Positions 41,318 to 55,735 of a stretch of 64,000 bases of DNA are shown here, one piece after another. The translations under genes were made by a program, and so were the position numbers. The number at the start of each line of letters is the position of its first letter. Position 1 is the first letter of the stretch. Source of the stretch: Octopus vulgaris (Eukaryota); contig OX597826.1 in assembly GCA_951406725.2 (NCBI GenBank), positions 63,240,001 to 63,304,000 on the forward strand. Direction: 5' to 3'. The notes beneath the pieces are model-generated. The model was not told the origin of the DNA. It was given only the letters and a program-made list of their open reading frames with translations, and made no database searches.

Positions 41318-41402
<85 letters not shown>

Positions 41403-41657
41403 CGTGTATTCATACATACTTACATAAATACATTCATGCGCCAACATATGTGCGTATACACACACAAATACGTTTTCTTACTTGTTCGTATATGCACGAG
41501 AATAGATATATGTATGTACTTTACATTTTTATTCTCTGGTTCAAGTCATTGGGCTGCTGCCATGCTGGGGTTACCATCTTGGAGGGCTTTGTCGGTCAAG
41601 GCACGCCCAGTATTTATTACAAATCGCTATCTTTTTTGCCAAACCGCGAAATTACGA

Positions 41658-41691
<34 letters not shown>

Positions 41692-41824
41692 CAAGTACAT
41701 CATATACGCACGCATACACGCCCACACGCACGCGCACACACGCAGATTGATAGATCGATCAATAGATAGATAGATATGAACGAATCATATATTCATGAGA
41801 AAACTGTTTTGTATATTTATATTC

Positions 41825-42061
41825 TTTTCTTTTACGTTTCAGTAACTTGACTGCGGCCATGCTGGAGCACCTCCTTCAAGTGTTTTAGTCGAACAAATTA
41901 ACCCTGGGGCTTTTTTTAAAAGCCTAATACCGATTCTATCGGTCTCTTATGACGAACCGCTACGTTACGGTCACGTAAGCACATCCCCACCGGTTGTCAA
42001 GCGGTGATTGAGAAACAGACACAAAGACAAACACACACACACATATACATATATATATATG

Positions 42062-42130
<69 letters not shown>

Positions 42131-42266
42131 GAAGGGCTTCTTTCAGTTTCCGTCTACCAAATCCACTCACAATGCTTTGGTCGGCCCGAGGCTATAGTAC
42201 AAAACACTTGCGCAAAGTGCCCGGAACCATGTGGTTGGGAAGCAAGATTCTTACCACACAGCCACA
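41825..42266 (-). mobile_element. SINE family B
   Basis: Colinear with 2752-3168. Confidence 0.8.
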
Positions 42267-42336
42267 TATATATATATACACATACATTACATATCCACCA
42301 ATGCAGTGTTGAGCACTGATTTCATCGATCGACGTC

Positions 42337-42541
42337 CGATAGATCGTTAGCTCCTACACGCATTTTTTCTCTCCTTGTTTCTCTCCTTGTTTTTTTTCTG
42401 TGTATCTTTCTGTCGAAGAGCGTAGGCTCGAAACGGAAAAGACTTTTTACTATTTCTATTCCTGAGCGCTATACTAATACATTTGTTTGTTTGTACTCCA
42501 CCTGTCTTCGTCTTTTGTTTATTTTCGTAAACTTTCCCTTT
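42337..42541 (+). mobile_element. CUGUCGA hammerhead-like element (motif 42405-42442, triplet mutated to GGA)
   Basis: Same family as 12868-13248. Confidence 0.75.
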
Positions 42542-42696
42542 ATATATATATATATAGGCTGCTGGTATTAAATAAAGTACTAAACGCAAAGCGCTTACTG
42601 TATGCAGATTAGTGGCTCCATTTCACTTTAGCTACTGGATTTGTTGAGTATATAAGCATAAGTTGCTTCTTTGTATCGGAGTGGTCAAATGATGTA

Positions 42697-42745
42697 GACA
42701 CTCCTGATGAGAACACAATAAGGTTCGAAAATCGATGAAGGCTGT
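42697..42745 (+). ncRNA. Degenerate hammerhead core
   Basis: CUGAUGA-GAAC(ACAAUAAG)GUUC-GAAA-AUCGAU; palindromic stem III remnant; U16.1 and stem I decayed. Confidence 0.45.
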
Positions 42746-42841
42746 TCGTCTAATCTTCAGAGAAATATTTAAATTTCCAATGTTTATATTTCTACTACGT
42801 GGACTTACACACGTGTCTGTGTGTGTGAAAGAGAGAGAGAG

Positions 42842-42883
<42 letters not shown>

Positions 42884-43090
42884 AGTCTGTATGTTTGCAG
42901 AAAGTGTACCAAGGTTCAGCTGGTACTTATTTTATTGACCCCGGCGTGTCAAAGTCAACCTCGACGGAATTTGAACTCAGAACGAAATACTTCGAAGCAT
43001 TTCGCCCGGCGTGCTAACGATTTTGCCAGCTCGCCGCCTTAAAAATAATAATGATAATGATAATAATAATAATGATAACAACAACAACAG

Positions 43091-43162
<72 letters not shown>

Positions 43163-43173
43163 TAATAATAATG

Positions 43174-43310
<137 letters not shown>

Positions 43311-43351
43311 AAGAAGAAGAAGAAGAAGAAGAAGAAGAAGAAGAAGAATAG

Positions 43352-43699
43352 TGCGACCATGAGATAGAGAATAGGAAGCCAGACAGTCTTAATTGAGAAA
43401 GAAAGCAAACTATGCTTGATCATAAATATAGCATACCCAGCTGACAACAAGACAACAAGGTATGCGATAAGGAAGAAAGAAAAGTCGATAGATATGACAG
43501 ATTAGCTTGGGAGATTAAGCAGTTGTTGTCGATGAAAAAGATAGTAGTAGTACCAATAACTGTCAGAGGCCTGGGAACAGTGAGTAAAAATCTTGAGAAG
43601 TACATGGAACAAATAGGGACTGTAATAAGGATGGAGCACTTGCAGAAAACAGCACTGCTTGGAACCGCTCGAATACTCCGGAATGTGCTCGAAAAATAA
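43352..43699 (+). pseudogene. R4/Dong-like RLE endonuclease 3' fragment directly after (TAA)n(GAA)n
   Basis: CDHEIENRKPD..LIEKESKLCLIINIAYPAD...KVDRYDRLAWEIKQL...GLGTV...LQKTALLGTARILRNVLEK*; frameshifts. Confidence 0.88.
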
Positions 43700-43784
43700 G
43701 AGGTGTTACCTTAGTTCACTGGTGGTGGTGGTGGTGGTGGTGGTGGTGGTGGTGGTTTTGGTGATGGTGATGATGATGATGATG

Positions 43785-44005
43785 ATCCTTTCTACTATAG
43801 GCAGATGGCCTCAGATTTGTGGGGGATGGGATTAAGTCGATTACATCGACCCCAGTACTCAACTGGCACTTAATTTACCGACCTCGCCGAAAGGATGAAA
43901 GGCGAAGTGGACCTCGCTGGAATTTGAATTCGGGGCGTAATGATAGGCGAAGTACCGCGAAGCATTTCGCCCGGCGTGCTAATGATTCTGCCAGCTCACC
44001 GCCTT
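43785..44005 (-). mobile_element. SINE family A variant
   Basis: GGCGTGAGCTGGCAGAATC-type head. Confidence 0.75.
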
Positions 44006-44032
44006 AATAATAAAAATTAAAATAATAATAAT

Positions 44033-44276
<244 letters not shown>

Positions 44277-45051
44277 GGAGCAAAATATGTAATTACTGTC
44301 TGTGTTTACTTTATTGACATTTGCTTGACAGTCCGAACTTGCGCCAGTCAGACAGGCAAATATCTTAACAGAGCTATTTTTTCGGTGTCTTATTAACACT
44401 TGCTATAGCTAAATATCAAATCAATACATTTGTTTGTTTTCGTTTTCGTAAGACAGTATTGCTTGACTTTCTTACCTTCAGCTTTTTTCCTCAGTTAAAA
44501 TAACTCAGAATGCAGTTAGCCAGACGTTCTAATATCTTGGAAGTAGCACTGTGTTTATTAGGCGAAGCACAACGTTACTCAGCCATCAACAAAAAAGCAA
44601 CCACAACAGCAGCAGCAACAACAACGACTGGAGGACCAATATGACAACCACTATCAAGGGAATTAACACTTCTATTGTCTTATCGTTGACCTTAGCACCG
44701 CCTGTAAAACGAGTTTCAATATTTACATAACTGGTGTGAAGGACACTTGACAAGATTTGTAATTAATTTTTATTATATATGCGTGCATACATACACTCAG
44801 CTGCACACACTCGTATGTATATTGTGGGTGCATATATGTCTATGTGTCTATGTACATAAGTATATGTACGCACTCAGGTGTGTGTATGTGTGTTAGTGTG
44901 TGAATCTGCATGTGTACACATAGATTAGATAGATAAATATAAATGGACAAATAAACAAAACTTTTTCTTCACCCATTCCCTATGTGACTGCGTGTGTATC
45001 GTTGGCGATTTCTTTCTGCGCCTTCCCTCCCTAGGACCTTTCATCTTCAAT

Positions 45052-45086
45052 GTTTCTGACGAAGAGCTCCGCTCGAAACGTTAAAT
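45052..45086 (+). ncRNA. Minimal hammerhead, CUGACGA family, intact core
   Basis: GUUU-CUGACGA-A-GAGC(UCC)GCUC-GAAAC-GUU-AAAU; loopless palindromic stem III (ACGU). Confidence 0.7.
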
Positions 45087-45187
45087 CCTCATTCTTTCTT
45101 TCCTTTCCTGAGCGTCCAATAACACTATACTTGTTCCACGTCCTCGCGTTGTTGTGTTTTCTCTTTGTTCATGTTTGGATTAACTAT

Positions 45188-45281
<94 letters not shown>

Positions 45282-45349
45282 CTATATACACTTATTAATC
45301 CGAGGGGAGACAATGTGGGCAGCAACTAAAGGAACATTACAAAACATTA

Positions 45350-45982
45350 TCTATATACATACATACATAGGTATATACATAGATACATACATACATACGT
45401 ACATACATACGTACATACATACGTACGTACATACATACGTACATACATACATACATACATACATACGTACATACATACATGCATACATACGTACATACAT
45501 ACGTACATACATACATACATACATACATACATACGTACATACATACGTACATACATACATACGTACATACATACGTACATACATACATACATACGTACAT
45601 ACATACGTACATACATACATACATGTATGTATGTATGTACGTACGTACATACATACATACATACGTACATACATACATACATACATACATACATACGTAC
45701 ATACATACATACATACATACGTACATACATACATACATACGTACATACATACGTACATACATACATACGTATGTATGTATGTATGTACGTACGTACATAC
45801 ATACATACATACGTACATACATACGTACATACATACATACATACGTACATACATACATGCATACATACGTACATACATACGTACATACATACATACATAC
45901 ATACATACATACATACATACATACATACATACATACATACATACACACATACATACATACATGCATGCATGCATACATACAT
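45350..45982. repeat. (TACA/TACG)n array with short inverted (TGTA)n patches
   Basis: Directly visible. Confidence 0.95.
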
Positions 45983-46423
45983 ATGTGGTGGGATATGTCA
46001 AAAAAGATTTCTCTGAATTAAAAATAATTTATTTTAAGATGTTTAAGAAAAAGCATGTTAACACAAAACCAAATGTGAGACTGCTTTTTGTGCAAAAAGA
46101 TTTCTTATTTAATTAATAAATTTTTTTTTTTCAGATATTATGATGAGATCAAGAAATTTTTCTGGGGTCACTGTTTGATAAGAAGCTTCCTTCCCAACCG
46201 CATGGTCCGGCGTTCAGTCGAGCAAGTGTCTTCTGCTATAGCCTCGGGCCGACCAATGCCTTGTGTGTGGATTTGGTTGACGGAAACTAAAAGAAGCCCT
46301 TCGTGTATATATATATATCCATTTTCGTAAATCCATTTTCTATGACGGTACCCTCCGATGTTTGTCATGAAATCAAATACTGAAGCTACTGAGATGTCTC
46401 TTCTGTCATTTTACAAATATGTG

Positions 46424-46471
<48 letters not shown>

Positions 46472-46797
46472 TTTGTGTGTGTATGTGTGTATGTATTTGC
46501 GTTGTCTGTGTTTGTCCCCCTACCATCGTTTGGCAACTGATGCTAATCTGTTTATGTACCCGTAACTTAGCTGTTCGGTTAAAGAGTTTTAGGCTTACAA
46601 AGAATAAGTATTGGGGTCGATTTGTTCAACTAAAGACGATGCTCCAACATGGCCGCAGTCAAATGATTGAAACAAGAGAGTAAAAGAATAAAAGAATATA
46701 TAGAGAGAGAGAGGGGGGAGAGAAAGAGAAACAGACAGACAGAAGCAGAGAGGGGAGAGAGAGACAGAGAGACAGACAGAGAGACAGACAGACAGAC

Positions 46798-46910
<113 letters not shown>

Positions 46911-47987
46911 TCGGTGTTTCTTAACTGTCGAGTATTTCCAAAGTTTTCTTCATAATGTTTTGGATGTTTCCAATTTCTATGAAGGTACCTTCCGATGTTT
47001 GACATGAAATCAAACACTGAAGCTAGTGCGATGGCTCTTCTGTCATTTTACAAACAAATAGATGCGTATAAATTGATAAAATAATTAGAAACAGAGCCCA
47101 TAATATATGCAACCGCTTTTTGAAGCATCTTCCTCGTCTCATATTCAGTGGTTCTTAGAAATTAATTGATTGCAGCGCTGTCAAACTCAACTTAACTTTT
47201 CTACTGGCACAATCAATGAAGACCGCTTACATTCACACGCTTGATTTCAAGTGATACAAATACCATTGAAACACAATTCAAATAATTCATTTTCATTTCT
47301 AACAATCGATTATTGCCTGAAAGCCCAATTTTTGTTTGTCTTAGAATTTGCCTGTTTAAACTTGTATGCCTCCTACGAATTCTATACACCCTAATACTAT
47401 TTGTCATTCACGCACGTTGCTTAGTGTTGTTGTTGTTGTTGTTGTTGTTAAGCAACAAGACGGGTAAGGGTGATTAGGTGATGGTCTAGGGCTTAGGGGC
47501 GGGAGACCCCAGACCTTGGGAAAAAAAACTTTGGTCGTCTTGTTGTAGTCGAAGGCTCTTCATTGACGCCCGACACCACTGGGCGGTGGCCCTCGAAGTC
47601 GCAGGAAATGGAGATCTCCAGGTCCAAATTATTGAACGGTTGCTTAATGCTTAGAGTAGTCGGCTCGCGATCGTAAGATTGTGAGTTCGACTCTCGGGCT
47701 CTTGAGTAAGACCCTTATTTCACCTTGTTCCTGTGCACTCAGCCACTTGCACCTTAATTTCACGAGCAGGATCTAGTGTTATATGTCATTTTCATAAAAG
47801 AAGTTATGATCATTCCATTGTGATAAGTGCAGACATGACCGTGTGGTAAGACGTTTGCTTTCCAACCACATTATGTCGGGTTCAGTCCCACTGCGCAGTA
47901 CCACGAGCAAGTGCCTTCTACTATAACCCCGAGTCAACCAAAGCCTTGTGAATAGATTTGGTAGGCAGAAACTGAAAGAAACTCGTC

Positions 47988-48043
<56 letters not shown>

Positions 48044-48054
48044 TTTTATTCATT

Positions 48055-48206
48055 TCATTTATTCTTTTATTTGTTTCAGTCATTTGACTGCGGCCATGCT
48101 TGAGCACCGCCGTACTAATTCTATCGGTCTCTCTTGCCGAATCGCTAAGTGACAGGGACGATGTTGGGGGGACAAACACAGACAGACAAACACATACATA
48201 CACACG

Positions 48207-48266
<60 letters not shown>

Positions 48267-48439
48267 TATATATATATACGACGGGCTTCTTTCAGTTTCC
48301 GTCTACCAAATCCACTCACAAGGCTTTAATCGGCCCGAGGCTATAGTAGAAGACAAGGTGCCACGCGGTGGGACAGTGGGACTGAACCCGGAACCATGTG
48401 GTTGGTAAGCAAGCTACTTGCCACACAGCCACTCCTGCG

Positions 48440-48442
<3 letters not shown>
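48055..48442 (-). mobile_element. SINE family B
   Basis: Colinear with 2752-3168, with deletions. Confidence 0.8.
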
Positions 48443-48499
<57 letters not shown>

Positions 48500-48525
48500 G
48501 TGTGTATATATATATATATAAGTAC

Positions 48526-48569
<44 letters not shown>

Positions 48570-48571
48570 AT

Positions 48572-48740
48572 AAAGGGAAAGTTTACGGAAATAAACAAAA
48601 GAGGAAGGCAGGTGGTGTACAAACAAACAGATGTATTAGTATAGCGCTCAGGAATAGAAAAAGTCTTTTACGTTTCGAGCCTACGCTCTTCGACAGAACG
48701 ATACACAGAAAAAACAAGGAGAGAAAAAATTGTGTGTAGT
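48572..48740 (-). mobile_element. CUGUCGA hammerhead-like element (motif 48664-48701)
   Basis: Same family as 12868-13248. Confidence 0.75.
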
Positions 48741-49437
48741 AGTTAGGTATGAATATATGTGTGTCTGTCTGTTTTTTTTTTTTTTGTTTTTGTGTCATCC
48801 TATCCCCACCCTCGCTTGATAACCTGTGTTAGTTTGTTTCCGTAGTTGTAACTTATTATATTATATCATATTATATTGGCGTACACACACATACACGCAC
48901 AGATACACGTACCCACATACTGAAAGATACATACATTCATACATACATACATACATACATACATACATACATACATACATACATTGGAAGATAGCTTAAT
49001 ACATCAAACATACATACATGTGTTTATACACGCATACACGCATACCTGTAAAAATGTATACGAACACGTGTACGTATGTCTACTTGTGTGTGTGTGTGTC
49101 TTCGTGTGTGTGTCTGCGTGTGTGTGTGTGTGTGTTTGTGTGTCTGCGTGTGTGTGTGTGTGTAATAGATTATTCTGCGAAAAACAAAGAGAGAGGTGGA
49201 AATAAAATAAATTTGAGTCGTAGGTAAATATAAGTTGAGTCAGGAGTCACAGTGAAATACCTAACACCAGAACTTAAAACCTGAATCTATTTCAAGGTTG
49301 TTAACAGCAAAAAGCCAAGACAAAACAAAACAAAAATTTTAAGAAAAAAACACAAAGCAAAGACATTAATAAGCAAATAGACGAACAAATAAATAAACAC
49401 CATATGTAAATAGAGAAACAAAATAATGTTAACTTAC

Positions 49438-49688
49438 CCTCTTTCAAACGGATTATTAATAGATATTTGATCCTCATTTAGGAGCCGAGAGGTTGATGCA
49501 CGCAGGAAGTGTTTCGGGGTTGGTGCGGGTAGGGGCGGGTTGAGTGTTAGAGCGGGCGGGAGGGGTGGGAGGTGACGTTGGACTAATTTATACAATGCTG
49601 CTGCTGTTGGTGGTGGTGGGAACGGGGTGTGTCGGCGGGGACGTCGTCGTTCAGATTTCTTTCGATATGGTAAGGTTCCTTCCGTTTA
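49438..49688 (-). other. Candidate 251-nt exon in a GC/CpG-rich island
   Basis: Acceptor TTCTCACTGCAG|, donor GAGG|GTAAGT. ATG at 49477 gives MRIKYLLIIRLKE (phase 1). GC-box-like GGGCGGG motifs present. Confidence 0.35.
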
Positions 49689-49852
49689 CTGCAGTGAGAA
49701 TAATAATAATAATAATGATAATGATAATAATAATAGTAATGATAATAATAATAATAATAATGATAATAATAATAATAATAATAATAGTAATGATGATAAT
49801 AATAAAAATGATAATGATAATAATAATAGTAATGATAATAATAATAATAATG

Positions 49853-49889
<37 letters not shown>

Positions 49890-49932
49890 CAACAACACTA
49901 ATAATAACAACAACAACGACGACGACGACGAC

Positions 49933-49983
<51 letters not shown>

Positions 49984-50349
49984 AGGAGGAGGCGGGTGGG
50001 GAGGGGGAAGGTGATAAAGAGGAGGTGGGAGACGGGTGGGGAGGGGAGGGTGGGGGACTAGGAAAGAGGAGGAGGGGGGAGGAGGAGGAGGAGGTGAAGA
50101 AGAGGCGAAGAAGAAGAAGAGAAGAAGAAGAAGAAAAAGAAGAGAAGAAGAAGAAGAAGAAGAAGAAGAAGAAGAAGAAGAAGAAGAAGAAAGGAGGAAG
50201 AGATAAGTGACGACTTCCATGACGGTGACGATGATGATGACGATCATGATATTGTTGATTATGTTATTGATAATCATCATCATCATCATCTTTATGACGA
50301 TGATGGCAATGATGCTAATGATGATGATGAAGAGGAAGTGGAAGAGGAT

Positions 50350-50398
<49 letters not shown>

Positions 50399-51455
50399 AC
50401 AAACACAAGCATGCAAATACTTAAGAATCAATAAACAGTGTACAACGCGCGTACAGACGAAAGAAAAGATTAGGAAGGAATGTCAATTATTGGTGCATTA
50501 AATTAATACTTAATGACACAGATAAATACTAAAAGACAAAATATAAAATAATAGGTATCAATACTCCAGTTGTTCTAGTTTTAAATTATAGTTACAATAT
50601 TCTCGATTGGCTGCTAAAGGAAATGACATGATTTGACAGAAAGAACAGTTGGAATTTAAATCTATCCTCGTTTATCACGGATGCTTGGTTAGAAACGTGA
50701 TACACGAACGTGTAATAAACGGATAATAGAACATAAGGGGGGAATAGGTTTCGTTCTGAGACATCAAGATGTCCTGTGCACTGCGGGTGGTCGCTGCGTG
50801 GTGGAGCTCTAGTGGTCGAAGCTGAGTCTTTGGCTGATCACGACCCGTGTTATCAGAGATCAATTCGTGATTAACGTAGCACAGTTCACAATTGAGCGTA
50901 CCGTGTTGTCCTTGATCAGTGGTGAATGTATCAGTGATAAATGAGGACGGATGTACCACCCAAAATCTGTTATTGAATTATTATTTTTGCTACGAATACA
51001 GGATGCATCTAAAAATCTGCTGTAAAATATCCTCTGTACAAAACACATAAATATCTAGTAAAGAATAACGGAAAATCGACGCAAATAGCTACAGATCACG
51101 TAAAACAGAACAAAAGGAAAACTATTTTCTTTCTTCAAAGACGCTAACAAATGCAAAACATTGACTGAGAAATAGAAAAACGATAGTCACGCCTGCAATC
51201 ACAAACAGCTTCAATATTATTGACTGGTCCGTATCTGAGATCAGCAAAGTTAATGTCAAAATCAGAAAGCTGATGACAACGCATTGTACGCATCACAGCA
51301 AAGTAAACAAAGACCGACTATAACTCCTTTGAAATGAAGGCGGTCGGGAGTTAATGTAACCTGAATTCACATTGAACATTGCAGCCATAGGACTTTCTGC
51401 CTACTTGCAACAAGCAAATGACTGGATGTTAAATTTGGTTCTGAAACATAAAGAT

Positions 51456-51685
51456 ACCTATTTCTTTACTACCCACAAGGGGTTAAACACAGAGAGGACA
51501 AATAAGAAAAGACAAACGGATTAAGTCGATTATATCGACCCCAGTGCGTGACTGGTACTTATTTAATCGACCCCGAAAGGATGAAAGGCAAAGTTGACCT
51601 CGGTGGAATTTGAACTCAGAACGTAGCGGCAGACGAAATACCGCTAAGCATTTCGCCCGGCGTGCTAACGCCTCTGCCAGCTCGC
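51456..51685 (-). mobile_element. SINE family A nested in the LINE
   Basis: Colinear with 4602-4835. Confidence 0.85.
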
Positions 51686-52180
51686 TAGGTTGTACTCAAT
51701 GACGGAAAACGAAATAATAGTCCTTCAGGAAATGCAGCGAGACGAACTAGTACCCGGAGAAAATGTGCCCCCAGTTGAAGAAGCAAAACAAGTAAAAGAA
51801 ATATTGCAAAGCAAACCAGCCCCCAATACACCAAGAAGGAATAGTGAGGAAAAAAAAATCTACTGCATAGTAAATACCCGGTTAGAGACAGGAGCCCAGA
51901 CCAAAGCCTTACCTATCAGAGGCTGACGTGTTTTGGTCATTAGCCGGAAATTGATGGGTATATTATTGCTCCTCGAGATCAGCATCTTGCAACTAGGAAT
52001 TACCAAAGTAATGTTCTAAACCATGAAAACAGCGCACTGTGCCTCATATGCGGGAACAGTGGCAGGCAACTGCCCACATAATCTCTGAATACAGCCGACT
52101 AGCACTAACATAGTACTTGCAAATACAAGAAAGGGCGGCTCAGTGCATACCCTGATTAATAAGCCGTATATACCGTATAT

Positions 52181-52441
52181 GTGGAGGCGCAATGGCCTAG
52201 TGGTTAGGGCAGCGGACTCGCGGTCGTCGGATCGTGGTTTCGATTCCTAGACCGGGCGTTGTGAGTGTTTATTGAGCGAAAATACCTAAAAGTTCCACGA
52301 GGCTCCGGCAGGGGGTGGTGATCCCTGCTGTACACTTTCACCAGGTGACGTCATTCGAAGGCTAAAAAAAACAATGCGAACGCATTGTGACCAGCGATGT
52401 GTAGCAACATCTGATGGTCTGGTCGGTCACGTGATCCCGTG
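52181..52441 (+). mobile_element. SINE family C with 13-bp TSD, nested in the LINE
   Basis: TSD ATATACCGTATAT at 52168-52180 and 52442-52454. Confidence 0.85.
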
Positions 52442-53086
52442 ATATACCGTATATACAACGTTATTCACAACGATAGTTGGTGGGAATACAAACTACCACA
52501 ATTTGTCCAGAATGCTGGAGTTGCCATCCTTTGGAATTTCAGCGTCTAGAATCATCGGCAAATTCAGGCTAATCGATCAGAGATTGTGAAAAAAATCATG
52601 TTGAAAGGTCGTCTTTTATGGCTGACTAAAATATATCTCTGAAAACGTTTGAGAAATTTAGCAGATATAAGCACTTCATAATAGAAATCGGAAGAATGTG
52701 GCATTACAAATCAAAAGCGTTACCCATTGTTATTGGGAAATTTGGACTGATATCAAAAGGAGCATACAAAATATCTAGAATAAATTCCCCACAGTTTTAA
52801 GAATAAGAAAATTGCAAAAGATCATGCTAATAGGAACCTCGCAGTTTTTACGTAAAATTCCTTTCCATACAAATACAATTTTGTCCATTCAGTATTAATA
52901 TAATTTTTATAAGTAGAATTTTTGCACAAAGACATCAGTTTCTTTTGTCTTGTATTTACTTTTGTTTTTGTCTTTTTTTTTTCAATTGCATGGTGTCCCA
53001 AATGTTAGTATTTTGGATGCAAAGATTCGGTGTCCCTTGACGTCTCTGGTTGAGACATGGATGCAGCTTGTATAAATTAAATCAAA

Positions 53087-53197
<111 letters not shown>

Positions 53198-53329
53198 ATT
53201 ATGATGATGATGACGATGATGGTGGTGGTGGTGATGATGATGATGATGATGACGATGATGATGGTGGTGATGATGATGATGATGACGATGATGATGATAA
53301 TGATGATGAGGATGATGATAATGATGATG

Positions 53330-53390
<61 letters not shown>

Positions 53391-53399
53391 TAATAATAG

Positions 53400-53948
53400 C
53401 AAGATGTGCCGATACCGTGGAATAACAGCAGAAAAATGATGGTATAGGCATACGCCAGAAAAGGTCACAGAAAATGAGAAAGCAACCATACTCTGGAATA
53501 TGCCAATATACACAGATAGAGAAATCAAGGCTAATAGTCCGGATATAGTTGTCAGAGATCACCAAGAAAAAAAAATACTTTCTAATCGATGTATCAGTAC
53601 AAACAGATGACAACGTTTCTCTGAAAGAAACGGAGAAACTTTCAAAATAGAAAGATTTGGAAAAAGGTAACTCGAATGTGGAGCCTAAAAACAGAAACAA
53701 TTTCTATTGTTGTAAGCGCATTAGGTATGATAAAAAAAAACATTCAGACAAATACATAACAAAAGCTCCAGGACTTACAAATATATATAGCATACAGAAA
53801 ATAGCACTACTATTCACTGCATACATCCTACGTAAAACATTTTCAGTGCGGTGAAAATAAGAGCAACACAACAAACCACAGCACATACCCAAGGCACACA
53901 GAGCTGCGCTCTGTAGTGCAGTGAAAGCAAGTGATAAAAATAAGACTA

Positions 53949-53951
<3 letters not shown>
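53400..53951 (+). pseudogene. 5'-truncated R4/Dong-like element (RLE + 3'UTR) embedded in (TAA)n
   Basis: WYRHTPEKVTENEKATILWNMPIYTDREIKANSPDIVVRD...LIDVSV...IQKIALL..AYILRKTFS; (TAA)n on both sides. Confidence 0.88.
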
Positions 53952-54023
<72 letters not shown>

Positions 54024-54052
54024 CTTTAATGTTGGCACAAAGCCAGCATATG

Positions 54053-54141
<89 letters not shown>

Positions 54142-54334
54142 AAGAAGAAGCAGAAGAAGAAGAAGAAGAAGAAGAAGAAGAAGAAGAAGAAGAAGAAGAA
54201 GAAGAAGAAGAAGAAGAAGAAGAAGAAGAAGAAGAAGAAGAAGAAGAAGAAGAAGAAGAAGAAGAACAACAACAACAACAACAACAACAACAAAAACAAG
54301 AACAAGAAGGAGAAGAACAAGAAGAACAAGAAGA

Positions 54335-55380
54335 CTGTACCCTGTGATGTTTGTCATAAAATCTACACGACTCTTCTCCTCAAACTTGTTATTGGGCTTT
54401 ACAGACTTCACACTTGAGCATCTCAAGTAATAAACTAAAAAATGGAAGTGAGAGAATGTCTTCAATACGATCTTTGAGAAGTTAAATATCAACATGTCTG
54501 ATTAGATAGCAGGAGTTGGTAAAGAGTAAGAATAAGCAAAAACCATTATCGCTTACGCTTTAGAAAATAAAACACTAAACAGAGGCAACTCAACAAGAAT
54601 ACTGCAATGAAAAAACAGCAGATATAACAGCAAACATCCGGTAGTAGTGGAAAATTTCGAAAAGAATGTTTACGGAACAACGAATCGTAATCCCAAATAT
54701 CAAGGAAGGCCACCGCTTCAAAGAAGACATCGGATTAAACAACGAAGCAATCTGAATTATCATGAGCTAGATGAAAAGAGCGATGAACTTAACAGAAACT
54801 AATCAGCTTGTATATGAGGTCATTTTAACTAACACAGATATTCGAAGGAAAAGATCAAGTTAGCAACAGCAACAATAGAAAATGAAAATGAAACAGGAAG
54901 CAACCAGTTTCAAAAGAGAAAATCGAGAACGAAATCAGGAAACTAAGATGAAAGATATCACCCTTCAGTGGAATTGAGAAAGGTACCAGTGCCAAAAAGA
55001 GAAAAAGAGAAAAAATGCAACGAGAGTTCAACATCACACAGAAGGATAATATTCCATTAATTAAAGAGACACTAGAAGAACAGATTCAAGCAAAACACAG
55101 AGACTAAGGAAATTCGACAAGAAGAATAATTTCTTCAACCAAATCAAGATTCCTAAAGATCCCAAGAAAATGCCAAGAACTACCGTGAGCTAAGCTAGAA
55201 GATAACCGTCAATGAACCATCACTATCAATGAAGTAGAGGAATTCTGAACATGCGGGGAAGACAAAACAAAAAAACAAAAACACACACTGAAAGAGCTAC
55301 ATGGATCCAACATCAGCAGGACCAACGTGAAGATAAAGAGAGCTAAAAATAGTTTATTGCAAGAGCAGTTGTTACCAATG
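54335..55380 (+). pseudogene. Possible decayed N-terminal region of an R4-like ORF
   Basis: A-rich coding-like bias with NQLVY and KFDKKNNFFNQ..I..DPKK-like remnants; many stops. Confidence 0.45.
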
Positions 55381-55496
55381 CCTAAATCTAGAATTAGAAT
55401 TAACTTCGATTTGTATCTACTGCAATTTTTAATGTGTTGATAAACACCTTCGTACTAGCTTCTATTGTCATTTCACGAAACCTATTGTGCTCTATG

Positions 55497-55735
55497 TTAA
55501 AGCCTAGCCAGGCTCATGGGCCCGGTTTCCTGGTTTCAATGGCGTATTTGTTCCCCAGCTGGACGGGACATCAGTCCATCGCAGCGTTACTCATTTTTGC
55601 CAGCTGAGTAGACTGGAGCAACGCGAAATGAAGTGTTTTGCTCAAGAACACAACACGTAGCCCGGTCCAGGAATCGAAAGCAGAATCTTACGATTATGAT
55701 GCTGACACCCTAACCACTGAGCCACGCGCCTCCAC
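55497..55735 (-). mobile_element. SINE family D
   Basis: Flanking duplication AAACCTATTGTGC. Confidence 0.85.

Larger units (their letters stand above)
51140..52870 (+). pseudogene. Heavily decayed R4/Dong-like LINE (RT thumb to RLE), interrupted by two SINEs
   Basis: SFNIIDWSVSEISKVNVKIRKLMT...HHSKVNKDRL...EGGREL; GYIIAPRDQHLATRNY; ILWNF; EIGRMW; LQKIMLIGT..LRK. Confidence 0.8.

Noticed and set aside
50932-50976. ATGAGGACGG...ACCACCCAAAA, similar to the 5346 hammerhead
   Set aside because: C3, GAAA and stem III are missing; too decayed to call.
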